Shown: positions 8,710-19,364, numbered from the stretch's first letter. The stretch: 64,000 nucleotides of DNA from Candidatus Eiseniibacteriota bacterium (GCA_965224245.1 OZ245046.1:5664001-5728000), one strand, 5' to 3'. A program made the numbers and translations. The notes: generated by a model from the sequence alone, not told the origin.

Positions 8710-10752
8710 TCAGCGCAGCCGGAGCTCGAGCCGGATCCGCCGCCCGGGGGCCGGCAGGCCCCACGCGTCGTAGAGCGCGACGTCGCCCAGGTTGTCCACG
8801 GCGATCCGCGCCTCGGCGCTGGAGAAGGTACCTGCGCCCCAGGACACGCGTACCGGCCAGGATCGGGAGACCGATGCGGAGAGGATCGCCTCGGCATCCA
8901 GCTCGACGCTGTCGCCGGTGATGCCGTCGATCACGCTCTGATCCCCGGTGTACGAGACGCCGACGCTGCCCACCGCGCCGGCGGCGATCGGGAACCGCGC
9001 GCGGGCATCTCCGAACGCGGACGGCAGGTTCTCCGGCCGCGTGGTGTCGTCCGTCTCGGTGTCGGTCAGATCCACCGACTGAAGCGTGGCGTTGGCCGAC
9101 AGCTCGATGCGCCCGAGGCGATGGGCCCCGATGAGCTCGAGCCCCGTGCTCGTCAGCTCGTTCCGGTTCACGCGCATGAACTTCCCCGTGCCGTCGTCGA
9201 GGAGCACGCGCACCACGGCGTCCTCCAGGAGCGTGTGGAACACGACGAGCTGGGCCGATCCGTCGCCGACGCGCGAGCTGATTCCCGCCTCGGTGGTCAG
9301 CAGCTTCTCGGGCTCGAGGTCGGGGTTCGGCACGAATCGATCGAGTGCGCCGGAGTAGAGCTCGCGGAGCGCCGGGAACCGGCCCCGCCGGCTGACCCCG
9401 GCGTGCACCACGGCCCGACCCATCACGGCCGAGAGGCCGGCGCGCGCACCCAGCTCGGACAGCGGTTCCTGGGTGTCGCGGCCACCCGCCTCGGGCGTGG
9501 CGGCACGATCGTAGGCGGCTCCCACGCTGAACGAGAGGGCGTCGACGGCTCCGAAGCCGTCGGTGCGCCAGACGTTCTCGACGCCGACGCTGCTGATCTC
9601 CTGGCGGTAGCGAGCGTCGCCTTCGGGAAGGCTCTCGTCGTGGCGAATGCCCGACCACGTGAACGCACCGCGCAGCATTCCGCGGCGTCCGAGCGTCTGA
9701 TCGGCGAGGAGGCGCAGCGTCACCGTCCGGTCCTCGCCGTCGTCGAAGCCGACGACCTCGTCGTACGCACGGGTGGCATAGGCGTCGATGTCGGTCCGGC
9801 CGCGATCGTATCCGACGCTCAGCTCCAGGTCGCCGCGGCCGCCGAACGGTGAGCGCCGGAGGCCGGTACCGCCCGAGAGCACCGCCAGCGTTCGGGACAC
9901 GCTCGGGTAGCGCCACAGTCGGGCGTCCTCGTCGGGCACTCCGAGCTCGGCGGCGATGCCACGCTCCTCGTCGAACGAGGATCCCGAGAACGAGAGCCAC
10001 GCGCCGCCGGGCGTGTCGTAGCGCAGCGCGACGAATCCGTTGACGTTGCGGAGGTCGGTGTTGAGGCGGAGGTCGTCCTTGGTCCGGACCGGCTCGCGGA
10101 TGCCGTCGGCCAGGGGCTCGCCGTCTCGGTCGCGAAAGCCGACCCCGGCCCGGGCCAGCCAGCTCCCGGAGCGCGACTCGAACGGGATCGACGTCGTGAC
10201 CGTGGTCCCGAACGCACCGGTGTCGTCCGCGCCGGTGGTGATCTCGAGCCGTCTCTCGGGGGATCGCGCGCGAGCGTCACCGACCCGGACCTCGACGACG
10301 CCGCCGAGCACGTTGGGCCCGTGCAGCATCGACGAGAGCCCTCGCGTGAACGTGACGTCCTCCAGAGCCGTGGCCGGGATGACCGAGACGTCGGCACGTG
10401 CGTCCCACGCCAGGGTGATCGGTACCCCGTCCACCAGCACTGCGACCTGACGCGACTCGGATCCTCTCGCGGAGATCTCGGCCTCGCCGCGAGAGTTCGT
10501 CCGGACGTGCAGCATCGGCAGCTCGCGAAGGACGTTCTCGAGCGAGGCCGCCGCCGGCACCGGCAGCGAGTCCAGCTCCGCCTCGACGGCGCTGGCGCCG
10601 CCGATGGTGGTCACCGCGCGGGGTGCCTGTACCACGACCTCTTCGCCGGTGTAGATCGGCTTCCGGTCGGAGTCGTCTGGGGCGTTCTCCGTGGCGGAGC
10701 CGTCGAACCCGATCAGACACACGATCGAGGCGTAGAGAGCCGAGCGTTGCAT
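8710..10752 (-). CDS. TonB-dependent receptor
   Basis: TonB-box-like EEVVVQA, plug motifs (ISARGS...VAVLVDGVPI; GLSSMLHGPNVLGGVV), barrel motifs R.P.L.ELY and NPDLEPE, terminal PGRRIRLELRLR. Confidence 0.9.
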   Translation of the reverse strand: MQRSALYASIVCLIGFDGSATENAPDDSDRKPIYTGEEVVVQAPRAVTTIGGASAVEAELDSLPVPAAASLENVLRELPMLHVRTNSRGEAEISARGSESRQVAVLVDGVPITLAWDARADVSVIPATALEDVTFTRGLSSMLHGPNVLGGVVEVRVGDARARSPERRLEITTGADDTGAFGTTVTTSIPFESRSGSWLARAGVGFRDRDGEPLADGIREPVRTKDDLRLNTDLRNVNGFVALRYDTPGGAWLSFSGSSFDEERGIAAELGVPDEDARLWRYPSVSRTLAVLSGGTGLRRSPFGGRGDLELSVGYDRGRTDIDAYATRAYDEVVGFDDGEDRTVTLRLLADQTLGRRGMLRGAFTWSGIRHDESLPEGDARYRQEISSVGVENVWRTDGFGAVDALSFSVGAAYDRAATPEAGGRDTQEPLSELGARAGLSAVMGRAVVHAGVSRRGRFPALRELYSGALDRFVPNPDLEPEKLLTTEAGISSRVGDGSAQLVVFHTLLEDAVVRVLLDDGTGKFMRVNRNELTSTGLELIGAHRLGRIELSANATLQSVDLTDTETDDTTRPENLPSAFGDARARFPIAAGAVGSVGVSYTGDQSVIDGITGDSVELDAEAILSASVSRSWPVRVSWGAGTFSSAEARIAVDNLGDVALYDAWGLPAPGRRIRLELRLR

Positions 10753-10878
10753 GCAGGTCGTCCTCTCGGTTGGGTATCGCGTTCGTCGGTCGCGCCGGGC
10801 GCCCCGCACACGGACCGGACGTGTCGTACGGCGGCACTGCCGGTCGTTCCGATGACGCCCGCATGTGCCGAGTGAGAG

Positions 10879-12807
10879 CTAGCCGCCGCCGAGTCTCCGG
10901 CGTGCACGGTCGATCCACGGCGTCACGCGGGCCTTCTCGGTCCGGGGAGCCTGTGACTCCGCCCGGCGAAACGCCTCGAGCGCGTCGCGGTACGCACCGA
11001 TCGCCAGCGCGCGCCGCCCTTCGAGGATGGCGACGCGGTAGTCGCCGGGGGAGGCGCGTCTCGCGCCCGCGACCGCCGCGTCGAACCCATCCCAGTCGTT
11101 CGTGGCGCCGCGAGCTTCGGCGAGCCGGAGCCAGGATAGCACGCGTGTCGAGTCCAGCGTGACCGCGCGTTCGAACGCGAGCGCGGCGTCCTTCCAGCGG
11201 TTCATGACGACGTACGTCTCTCCGAGCCCGTGATGCGCCTCGGGATCGCCCGGGGTCAGCGCCACCGACCGCAGCTGCATCTCGAGCATGTTGGCCACCT
11301 GCATCTCACTCGAGTGCAGGATCGAGTCGGAACGTGCCTGCCAGCGCTCGATCATCGTGCCGAGCGGCGTGGGCTCGAACTCGCGCGTCTCGGGCGCGGT
11401 CCCCGCATCGTCGCCCATGACGTAGCCCAGCGACATCAGGCGCCGGCGCATGTCCTCGTCGATGGCCTCGGCGTGCTGCGGAGCGGCGTGGGCGGCCACG
11501 CGTTCCGTCAGCTCGAACTGCAGCTCGGCGGCGGCGCGAGGCATCTCCGAGACCGTCGGCGGTGCATCGCCGGCGAGCAGGTTCTTCCGCTCGTCCCGAT
11601 CCCGCGCGAGGTCGTAGTACTCGGGCCACGGGGCATCGATGAACTTGTCGCCGTGGCGGCGAAGCGCGTGGATCGGCGCCCAGCCGTGCATGAGGTGGGG
11701 CCAGAGGGTCTCCAGGTACACCGTTCGCGGCTCGTCCGGTGGCGGGTCGAGGAGCGAGAGTGCCTCGCCGGACGTGTCGTGAGTCATGCCGAGCAGGTCG
11801 AGCACGGTGGGGAACACGTCGCACGTCGTGACCACGCGGCCCGACAGCGTGGCCGGTGCATTCATCGCGTTGCCCGGGACGAGTATCAGGGGCACGTGCA
11901 TGGTCGATTCGTACACGAGGTGCGCGTGAGTCCGCTCGCCGTGCTCGCCGAGCCCCTCGCCGTGATCGGCGGTGACCACGATCAGCGTCCGGTCGCCGAC
12001 TCCACCGGAGTCCAGCGCGGCCAGGAGGCGGCCCAGCTCCCGATCCACGAACGCGATCTCGCCGTCGTACGGGGCGTCCGCGAACGACGCGTCGAACGGG
12101 CTCGGTGGCGCGTACGGATCGTGGGCGTCGAAGTAGTGCACCCACACGAAGAACGGCTGGCGATCGATCATGTCGATCACGTTCGAGTTCAGCCACGAGA
12201 GCGCGGCGTCGGTGACGCGGTCGGCCGGGCGCTCCGCGGAGCCGCGCTGGGCCCGCGGGTCGTCGGAGAGCTGATCGTCGTACACGTCGAAGCCCTGCGC
12301 GAGCCCGCGGCTCCGCTCGAGCACCGACGCGGCCACGAAGGCCGCCGTGGCGTAGCCCGCCCCGGACAGTCGCTCGGCCAGCGTGGTCACCCGATCGTCG
12401 AGATGGTGCACGCCGTTCAGGCGGACCCCGTGATCGGGCGGAACGAGTCCGGTGAAGAGGCTGGCGTGTGCCGGCAGCGTGATCGGCACCGGCGTGACGG
12501 CGTCGGTCACGCGAACGCCGCGTCCGGCGAGGCCGTCGATCACCGGGGTCTCGGCGGCGCGATACCCGTAGCAGCCGAGGTGATCGGCGCGCACGGTGTC
12601 CAGCGTGACCACGAGCACGTTGTATCCCTGGAGCGCCCCGCGCGCGATCGGCATCGCGCTCACCTCGCGTCCGGGCGGCGTCGACTCGTCGCACGACACC
12701 AGCGCCCAGGCCGACACGGCCAGCGCCACCACCGAGACGGCGCGCGATCCCGGCGCGTCCGGCGAAGCCGGCCGGCTCGGCCGCGCGGGGTTCCGGCTCC
12801 ACCACAT
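10879..12807 (-). CDS. Sulfatase-like hydrolase with C-terminal TPR repeats (probable lipoprotein)
   Basis: NVLVVTLDTVRADHLGCYGY, TLPAHASLFTG, FFVWVHYFDAHDPY, YDGEI, VTADHGE, H...YE....VPL; TPR-like C-terminus; lipobox-like LVSC. Start approximate. Confidence 0.85.
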   Translation of the reverse strand: MWWSRNPARPSRPASPDAPGSRAVSVVALAVSAWALVSCDESTPPGREVSAMPIARGALQGYNVLVVTLDTVRADHLGCYGYRAAETPVIDGLAGRGVRVTDAVTPVPITLPAHASLFTGLVPPDHGVRLNGVHHLDDRVTTLAERLSGAGYATAAFVAASVLERSRGLAQGFDVYDDQLSDDPRAQRGSAERPADRVTDAALSWLNSNVIDMIDRQPFFVWVHYFDAHDPYAPPSPFDASFADAPYDGEIAFVDRELGRLLAALDSGGVGDRTLIVVTADHGEGLGEHGERTHAHLVYESTMHVPLILVPGNAMNAPATLSGRVVTTCDVFPTVLDLLGMTHDTSGEALSLLDPPPDEPRTVYLETLWPHLMHGWAPIHALRRHGDKFIDAPWPEYYDLARDRDERKNLLAGDAPPTVSEMPRAAAELQFELTERVAAHAAPQHAEAIDEDMRRRLMSLGYVMGDDAGTAPETREFEPTPLGTMIERWQARSDSILHSSEMQVANMLEMQLRSVALTPGDPEAHHGLGETYVVMNRWKDAALAFERAVTLDSTRVLSWLRLAEARGATNDWDGFDAAVAGARRASPGDYRVAILEGRRALAIGAYRDALEAFRRAESQAPRTEKARVTPWIDRARRRLGGG

Positions 12808-13020
12808 GCTCACGACGCTCACGAACGACGGCAACGGTGCGTCCTCCAGTCGGGGTCCAGGGACGGGCAGTCTACCAGGATCGCGGCCGAAGTCCGGACA
12901 ATCGCACGAGGCCCGCCGTCCGGATCGGGGCCACGGTTGCCGCGCCGAGCCCGAGCGGGTACTGTCATGTTGCGATGAAACGGTATCTCCACGGCGTCGA
13001 AAGACAGCGGAGGACGCCTC

Positions 13021-15771
13021 ATGTTCGATCAGTTCAAGCAACAGCTTCCCGACATCGACCCGATCGAGACCCAGGAGTGGCTGGAGTCTCTCGAGTCGGT
13101 GATTCAGCAGTCGGGCGCCAAGCGCGCGCAGTACCTGATGTACAAGCTCCTGAAGGCCGCGCGCATGCGGAACGTCGGCCTGCCGCCGACCACACAGACC
13201 CGCTACATCAACACCATCAGTCCCGAGCAGGAGCCCACGTTCCCCGGAGACGAGGACATGGAGCGGCGCATCCGGCGTCTCATCCGCTGGAACGCGGCCG
13301 CGATGGTCATCCGGGCCAACCGCCGTTTCGACGGACTCGGCGGACACCTGTCGACCTATGCCTCGGCCGCGACGTTGCTGGAGGTCGGGTTCAATCACTT
13401 CTTCCGGGGCAAGGATCATCCCGGCGGTGGGGACCAGATCTACTTCCAGGGCCACGCCGCGCCGGGCATCTACGCCCGCGCGTTCCTGGAAGGTCGTCTG
13501 TCGGAATCGCAGCTCGATCGGTTCCGGCGCGAGACCGGCGGGGGCGGGCTCTCGAGCTATCCGCACCCGCGGCTGATGCCCGAGTTCTGGGAGTTTCCGA
13601 CCGTGTCGATGGGACTGGGACCGATCAGCGCGATCTACCAGGCCCGGTTCAATCAGTACCTCCATGCCCGGGGCATCGCCGACACGTCACAGAAGCGCGT
13701 GTGGGCGTTTCTGGGTGACGGCGAGTGCGACGAGCCCGAGGCGCTGGGCGCGCTCACACTCGCGGCGCGTGACGGCCTCGACAACCTCACGTTCGTCGTG
13801 AACTGCAACCTCCAGCGACTCGACGGTCCGGTGCGTGGCAACGGGAAGATCATCCAGGAGCTGGAGGCGGTGTTCCGCGGCGCCGGCTGGAACGTGATCA
13901 AGGTGATCTGGGGCCGCCAGTGGGATCCGCTGCTCGCCAGGGACCGCCGCGGTGTGCTCGAGCAGAAGATGATGGACACGCTCGACGGCGACTATCAGCT
14001 CTACTCGGTCGAGGACGGCGCCTTCATCCGCAAGCACTTCTTCGGTCCCGATCCGGAGCTCGCGCGCCTCGTCGAGGACCTGTCCGACGAGGACATCAAG
14101 CGGCTGCGCCGCGGCGGCCACGACTATCGAAAGATGTACGCGGCGTACAAGCGTGCCACCGAGACCGTCGGGCAGCCCACCGTGATCCTGGCCAAGACCG
14201 TCAAGGGGTGGACGCTGGGCCCGGGCGTCGCCGGACGCAACGTCACGCATCAGAAGAAGAAGCTGGAGGACGATCAGCTCAGGACGTTCCGCGATCTCCT
14301 CGAGCTGCCCATCCCCGACGATCAGCTGGACGACCTCCCCTTCCATCACCCCGGTCCGAAGTCGGACGAAGTGCGCTACCTCATCGAGCGGCGGCGGGCG
14401 CTGGGCGGCTTCGTCCCCACGCGACACGCTCGCGCCAAGACGCCGATCTCGCCCCCGGCGGACTCGGTGTTCACCGAGTTCCTGGCGGGCACCAAGGCGA
14501 ACGTCGAGGCCTCCACGACGATGGCCTACGTCCGGATGCTGCGGAAGATCATGAAGGACCCGGCGCTCGGGCGTCGGGTGGTTCCGATCATTCCCGACGA
14601 GGCGCGCACGTTCGGGATGGATCCGCTGTTCGCCGAGTTCGGCATCTACGCGTCGCAGGGGCAGAAGTACACGCCGGTCGACGCGGACTACGTGATGAAG
14701 TACCACGAGGCCGCCGACGGGCAGATCCTCGAGGAGGGGATCACCGAGGCCGGCGCGCTGTGCGACTTCACCGCGGCCTCCACGTCGTACGCGACGCACG
14801 GCGAGCCGACGGTGCCGTTCTACATGTTCTACTCGATGTTCGGCTTCCAGCGGGTCGCAGACCTGATCTGGGCGTGTGCCGATCAGCGCGGTCGGGGCTT
14901 TCTCCTCGGTGCCACGGCCGGCCGCACGACGCTGATGGGCGAGGGGCTCCAGCACGACGACGGCCAGAGCCACGTCATGGCCTCGGTCGTGCCGTCGGTG
15001 CACGCGTACGATCCGGCCTACGCATTCGAGGCGGCCATCATCACCCGCGAGGGCCTTCGCCGGATGCTGGACGAGAACGAGGACGTCATCTACTACATCA
15101 CCCTCTACAACGAGGCGTACACGATGCCCGCGATGCCCGAGGGAGCGTCCGAGGGCGTGCTCAAGGGGCTCTATCGATTCCGCGAGGCGCCGACGGGCAA
15201 GCACCGCGTGCGCCTTCTGGGAAGCGGTCCCATTCTGAACGAGACACTGCGCGCCGCCGAGATGCTGGCCGAGGGCTACGACGTGGCCGCCGAGGTCTGG
15301 AGCGCGACCAGCTACTCCGAGCTCCGGCGAGACGCGCTCGAGGTGGATCGTTGGAATCGCCTGCATCCGGGCGAGGAGGCGCGAAAGCCGTACGTGACCG
15401 AGTGTCTCGGCGGCGAGGACTCCCCGATCGTCTGCGCGTCGGACTACATGAAGACGATGCCGGACATGATCGCGAAGTGGGTGCCGGAGACCTTCATCGC
15501 GCTCGGAACCGATGGGTTCGGGCGAAGCGACACGCGTCAGTCGCTCCGGCGCTTCTTCGAGGTCGACGCGGGACACATCGTGGTGGCGGCGCTGTCCGGG
15601 CTCTGTCGCGCCGGCGCGGTGAAGGCGTCGGTCGTCCAGAAGGCGATGAAGACGCTCGAGATCGATCCGGACTCCAGGGCGCCCGAGAGTCGTGACCTCG
15701 GTGAGCAGGTCGTCGAGAAGACGAACGGCGCCCGAGGCCGCCGGTCTCGGCGAAAGGCGCCGTCCCGGTAG
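13021..15771 (+). CDS. aceE: Pyruvate dehydrogenase E1 component, homodimeric type
   Basis: DIDPIETQEWLESL, GGHLSTYAS, YPHPRLMPEFWEFPTVSMGLGP, GDGECDEPE, NLQRLDGPVRGNGKIIQELE, LGTDGFGRSDTR. Confidence 0.97.
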   Translation: MFDQFKQQLPDIDPIETQEWLESLESVIQQSGAKRAQYLMYKLLKAARMRNVGLPPTTQTRYINTISPEQEPTFPGDEDMERRIRRLIRWNAAAMVIRANRRFDGLGGHLSTYASAATLLEVGFNHFFRGKDHPGGGDQIYFQGHAAPGIYARAFLEGRLSESQLDRFRRETGGGGLSSYPHPRLMPEFWEFPTVSMGLGPISAIYQARFNQYLHARGIADTSQKRVWAFLGDGECDEPEALGALTLAARDGLDNLTFVVNCNLQRLDGPVRGNGKIIQELEAVFRGAGWNVIKVIWGRQWDPLLARDRRGVLEQKMMDTLDGDYQLYSVEDGAFIRKHFFGPDPELARLVEDLSDEDIKRLRRGGHDYRKMYAAYKRATETVGQPTVILAKTVKGWTLGPGVAGRNVTHQKKKLEDDQLRTFRDLLELPIPDDQLDDLPFHHPGPKSDEVRYLIERRRALGGFVPTRHARAKTPISPPADSVFTEFLAGTKANVEASTTMAYVRMLRKIMKDPALGRRVVPIIPDEARTFGMDPLFAEFGIYASQGQKYTPVDADYVMKYHEAADGQILEEGITEAGALCDFTAASTSYATHGEPTVPFYMFYSMFGFQRVADLIWACADQRGRGFLLGATAGRTTLMGEGLQHDDGQSHVMASVVPSVHAYDPAYAFEAAIITREGLRRMLDENEDVIYYITLYNEAYTMPAMPEGASEGVLKGLYRFREAPTGKHRVRLLGSGPILNETLRAAEMLAEGYDVAAEVWSATSYSELRRDALEVDRWNRLHPGEEARKPYVTECLGGEDSPIVCASDYMKTMPDMIAKWVPETFIALGTDGFGRSDTRQSLRRFFEVDAGHIVVAALSGLCRAGAVKASVVQKAMKTLEIDPDSRAPESRDLGEQVVEKTNGARGRRSRRKAPSR

Positions 15772-15998
15772 CCGTCACCGCCGATCGAACAGCTTCCCCG
15801 GCTGGCGCCCCGCGAATCCCGTACGCGTTCGACGTCCGGGGCGCTGCCGGCCACGGTGACACCGCTCGATACCCCGCGAGTGCCCGCGAGACGCGTCCGC
15901 GCACCGAGCTCCGGAGCGCCTACCCATCGCCACGAGCGTGATCGACGGCCACGAGGCGGGACCTCTCCTTTCCTGAGCTTCCGGCTTGATCGAGATAG

Positions 15999-16008
15999 TC
16001 AATATTGA
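15999..16008. promoter_or_regulatory. Perfect palindrome TCAATATTGA in an AT-rich promoter patch upstream of the S8 peptidase operon
   Basis: Seen directly in an AT-rich island (about 15985-16030) within GC-rich DNA. Confidence 0.35.
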
Positions 16009-16082
16009 GTACATTGATATCCAGATCAGAGTTCGTCGCCCATTGACGATCCGCGCATCGATCACATGCAGGGGAACGGAAC

Positions 16083-18320
16083 ATGCGTACGTACCAGATC
16101 ATCGTCCTGGCCTTGCTGACCTCGATCGGGGAGAGCGTCGACACATCCGAGGCGTCCCCGGACGGAGCCTCCGCGCGTGAGGAGGCGGTGGTCCTGGCCC
16201 GGTTTGTGCCGGGGTCGATCGCCCTGCCGCCGGGTGTCACCGAGCTGGCGCTGGCGGATGCGGTCGAGACGCCCGGCGTTCTGACCCGGCACGCGCTCGG
16301 CGCCGAGCTCGACGCCGTGGGCGTGGTCGGGCTCGGGCACCTGATCCCGACCTTCGATCCCACCGTGGTGGACCGCAACGGCGAGCCGGTGACCGACGCG
16401 GATGGTCATGTCCTCACGGTCCCGCACGATCTCGGTCTCTGGTACGTCCTCGATCTCTCGCACGACCGGGTGGAGGAGAGCTGCGCGATCCTGGCCGAGA
16501 GCCCGGACGTCGAGGTGGCCGAGCCCGACTGGCGCCGGCGCGCCAACGCGCTTCCGAACGACGACTACTTCGATCGCCAGTGGGGCCTGCGGAACACCGG
16601 CCAGTATGGCGGCGTGCCGGGAAAGGACCTCAACGCCGAGGACGCCTGGGACGACTTCGGAGCCGGGCTCCATCCGGTCCGGATCGCGGTGCTCGACACC
16701 GGCATGGACTTCGCTCACCCCGACTTTCACGAGGTCGAGGTCGGCGTGAACCTCGTCACCGGCGGGCTGCCCGAGGACGACAGCGCAGGCGTCTGGCACG
16801 GGACGGCGGTCGCCGGCATCGCCGGCATGAAGGGCAACAACGGGATCGGGGGCACGGGCGTCGGATGGCAGCTGACCATCGTGCCGGTGAAGGTGCTCGA
16901 TGCGGGCGGCGGCGGCTTCGATTCCTGGATCGCCGCGGGCCTCGACTGGACACGGAGCCAGGGAATCAAGATCGCGAACATGAGCCTCGGCGGTGAGCCG
17001 TTCTCCTCGCTGGTGCGCGAGGTCGTGCGAAACGGGCGCGCCGCCGGCATGACGAACGTGGCGGCGGCCGGGAACTACCAGCCGGTCTCCGGCGGTGCGC
17101 ACTATCCCGCCGCCTACGGCCGGCATTGCCTGTCGGTGAACGCCTTCATGATGAACGGTGACCGATGGGTCGACGACTCGCCAGTTCTTCTCTGCGGCGT
17201 CGAATCGGCCGTGTGTGGCGATCGGCCGGACTACGAGCCGTGCGAGTCCTACCACGGCACCACGGTGGATCTGACCGCTCCCGGTGGACGGGCCATCTTC
17301 ACCACCAAGCACTCGGTGTTCGACGACGGATACTACGAAGTCACCGATCCCTGGCGCTCGTGTGCCAACGGCGGGATCACGGACTGGAGCACGGTCGATG
17401 CCTTCGGCGGTACGTCGGCCGCCACGCCGCACGTGAGCGGCGCGGCGGGGCTTATCCTGGCCATGAACCCCGACCTCGACGGTGAGGACGCCGAGAAGAT
17501 CCTGATCCGGACCGCCCACGACCACAGGCAATACGAGATTGGATGGGACGAGCATTCCGGCTGGGGGCGGCCGGATCTCGAGGCCGCGCTGGAGCTGACC
17601 CAGTGGCCCTACGTGGCCGAACGGCGGACCGGGGTGAGCGGTGGCAGCGCGGTGCTCGATGGGACCGGCGTGGCCGTGTTCATGAACGTCGAAGGTCTGG
17701 GAGCGGCGGGCTACGCCTTCCAGCGCTACCGGGTCGACGAGACGATCCCCCTGGACGACGGCTTCGTCGCACAGCCCCTGGCATGGGGACGGGTGCAGGG
17801 CGCGATCGGGTGGCGGCGCATCGTGGACGGCGACGTGTTCGACCTGCCCGGCGAGAACGCCGGCCACACGAGCATCGCGGCCGTGTCGAGCTCGAGCATC
17901 ACCGTGCGAACCTACTACTACGATCTCTACCGGGTCTCCGATGGGGGATACGTGGGGCGGTTCCCGAACGGTGGAACCGTCCGGTTCTCGTTCACGGTGA
18001 TCGGGCCGGCGCCGGCCCTGGCGGTGGGGGACGGCGCGGTGCCGAGTACCCGGGTATTGCGGGTCGTTCCGAACCCGGCATCGACCTGGGCGGCCATCCG
18101 GCTGCCGTTCGCGGACCGGGAGCGCTCGCCGGACACCCGGCTGTCGATCTACGACGCATCCGGTCGCGAGGTGCGGCGATTCGAGGCTCACGGAAACTCG
18201 AGCCTCGTCTGGGATCTGACCACGGGGACCGGTAGGCCGGTCGCCGCCGGCGTCTACTTCCTGAAGCTGGAAGACGGAGCCGACAACCTCGGGCATGCAC
18301 GCATGCTCGTGACGAGATAG
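16083..18320 (+). CDS. S8 (subtilisin-like) serine peptidase with propeptide and C-terminal FlgD/secretion-type Ig domain
   Basis: Triad IAVLDTG / HGTAVAG / GTSAATPHVSG, oxyanion AAAGN, PNDDYF..QWGL start of the mature domain, tail VVPNPAST...IYDASGREVR...WD...GVYFLKL. Confidence 0.92.
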   Translation: MRTYQIIVLALLTSIGESVDTSEASPDGASAREEAVVLARFVPGSIALPPGVTELALADAVETPGVLTRHALGAELDAVGVVGLGHLIPTFDPTVVDRNGEPVTDADGHVLTVPHDLGLWYVLDLSHDRVEESCAILAESPDVEVAEPDWRRRANALPNDDYFDRQWGLRNTGQYGGVPGKDLNAEDAWDDFGAGLHPVRIAVLDTGMDFAHPDFHEVEVGVNLVTGGLPEDDSAGVWHGTAVAGIAGMKGNNGIGGTGVGWQLTIVPVKVLDAGGGGFDSWIAAGLDWTRSQGIKIANMSLGGEPFSSLVREVVRNGRAAGMTNVAAAGNYQPVSGGAHYPAAYGRHCLSVNAFMMNGDRWVDDSPVLLCGVESAVCGDRPDYEPCESYHGTTVDLTAPGGRAIFTTKHSVFDDGYYEVTDPWRSCANGGITDWSTVDAFGGTSAATPHVSGAAGLILAMNPDLDGEDAEKILIRTAHDHRQYEIGWDEHSGWGRPDLEAALELTQWPYVAERRTGVSGGSAVLDGTGVAVFMNVEGLGAAGYAFQRYRVDETIPLDDGFVAQPLAWGRVQGAIGWRRIVDGDVFDLPGENAGHTSIAAVSSSSITVRTYYYDLYRVSDGGYVGRFPNGGTVRFSFTVIGPAPALAVGDGAVPSTRVLRVVPNPASTWAAIRLPFADRERSPDTRLSIYDASGREVRRFEAHGNSSLVWDLTTGTGRPVAAGVYFLKLEDGADNLGHARMLVTR

Positions 18321-18375
18321 AGGCGTGCGAACCGAGCGGTCCGAGGCGGTGGCCCGGTGTTGCAGGAGCCGCGTC

Positions 18376-19347
18376 ATGCGGCGAGTCGCTCCAGCGCTGA
18401 TGCTGATCGCGATTGCATCCTGCGAGCAACGGCCGACGGGTCCCTTCGAGCTGGAGCGGCCATGCACGCCCCCTGTGCAAGATCGATCGCCCGGCGTCGA
18501 CATTCTGCCCGCCTGGTCACCGACCGGGGAGTTCATCGCGTATCGCACCTGGCCCACCACGGGGGGACAGGTGATGGGGCTCCACCGGGTGTTCGTCGAC
18601 GAGGACGGTCAGCGAGAGAGCGATCCCGAGCTGCTTCTGGACCTCACGGAGCTGGGGCCGGCAGGCGAGCTCCGCATCTCACCCGATGGGACCACCCTCG
18701 CGTACTGGTTCGCCGGCGACATCTGGACGCTCGACTTCGCGACGCACGACACCACGCGCGTCACCCGCGTCGGAGACGCCCGCTGGCCCGACTGGCATCC
18801 GGACGGTGAGTGGCTCGTCTACGCCCAGGTCCTCGGCGGCTCGCAGATCGACCCAGACTCGACCGGCGGCATGCACGTGGTGAACGTGAGGACGCTCGAG
18901 GATCGGCAACTCACGCGGCGCGGGGGACTGATCATCGCGGGCGGCCACCCCAGGTGGGATCACGAGGGAAGGAGCATCGTCGTGTTTCGTGGTCGGCACG
19001 ATCTCGAGCTTTTTCGCGTGTTTCCCGACTCGACGGACTACATCCAATTGACACGTACCGGATGGGACAACGAGGCCCCGACATGGTGGCTACTGCACGG
19101 TGAGGAGGTCGTCTTCACCCGTGTGGATGAGAGAGAGGACATGGAGTACGTGATCGACCTGGATACCGGCCGTGTCCGATGCTTCTCCTCCAACGGCGAG
19201 CCCGTGAACCTGCGCGCGTTCGACTTCAGCCCGGACCACACGAAGGTCGTGACCACGCGCGCCGACACCACCGGCACCATCGGCGTGCTCTGGGTGCTGG
19301 ACATCCCCAGCGGTCGGTGGACACAGCTCACCGATCCGCCGCTCTAG
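18376..19347 (+). CDS. TolB-like beta-propeller (PD40 repeat) lipoprotein
   Basis: Lipobox IASC; repeats PAWSPTG, ISPDG, PDWHPDG, PRWDHEG, FSPDH; QLT motifs. Confidence 0.8.
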   Translation: MRRVAPALMLIAIASCEQRPTGPFELERPCTPPVQDRSPGVDILPAWSPTGEFIAYRTWPTTGGQVMGLHRVFVDEDGQRESDPELLLDLTELGPAGELRISPDGTTLAYWFAGDIWTLDFATHDTTRVTRVGDARWPDWHPDGEWLVYAQVLGGSQIDPDSTGGMHVVNVRTLEDRQLTRRGGLIIAGGHPRWDHEGRSIVVFRGRHDLELFRVFPDSTDYIQLTRTGWDNEAPTWWLLHGEEVVFTRVDEREDMEYVIDLDTGRVRCFSSNGEPVNLRAFDFSPDHTKVVTTRADTTGTIGVLWVLDIPSGRWTQLTDPPL

Positions 19348-19364
19348 TCAGAAGGAGGGACGCG

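Noticed and set aside
7124-10000. 958-aa minus-strand ORF and other long antisense or alternate-frame ORFs (e.g. 16062-18560, 32741-35443, 59566-61353, 13687-15576)
   Set aside because: Shadow ORFs typical of high-GC DNA. They overlap clearly recognisable genes and are Arg/Ala/Gly-rich with no motifs.
10753-10878. Possible cobalamin riboswitch upstream of the TonB receptor
   Set aside because: The gap is only about 126 bp and no B12-box or GGGAA/GCCACTG motifs are visible.
12808-13665. N-terminal extension of the 928-aa sulfatase ORF
   Set aside because: It overlaps aceE on the opposite strand; the plausible signal/lipobox begins near 12807.
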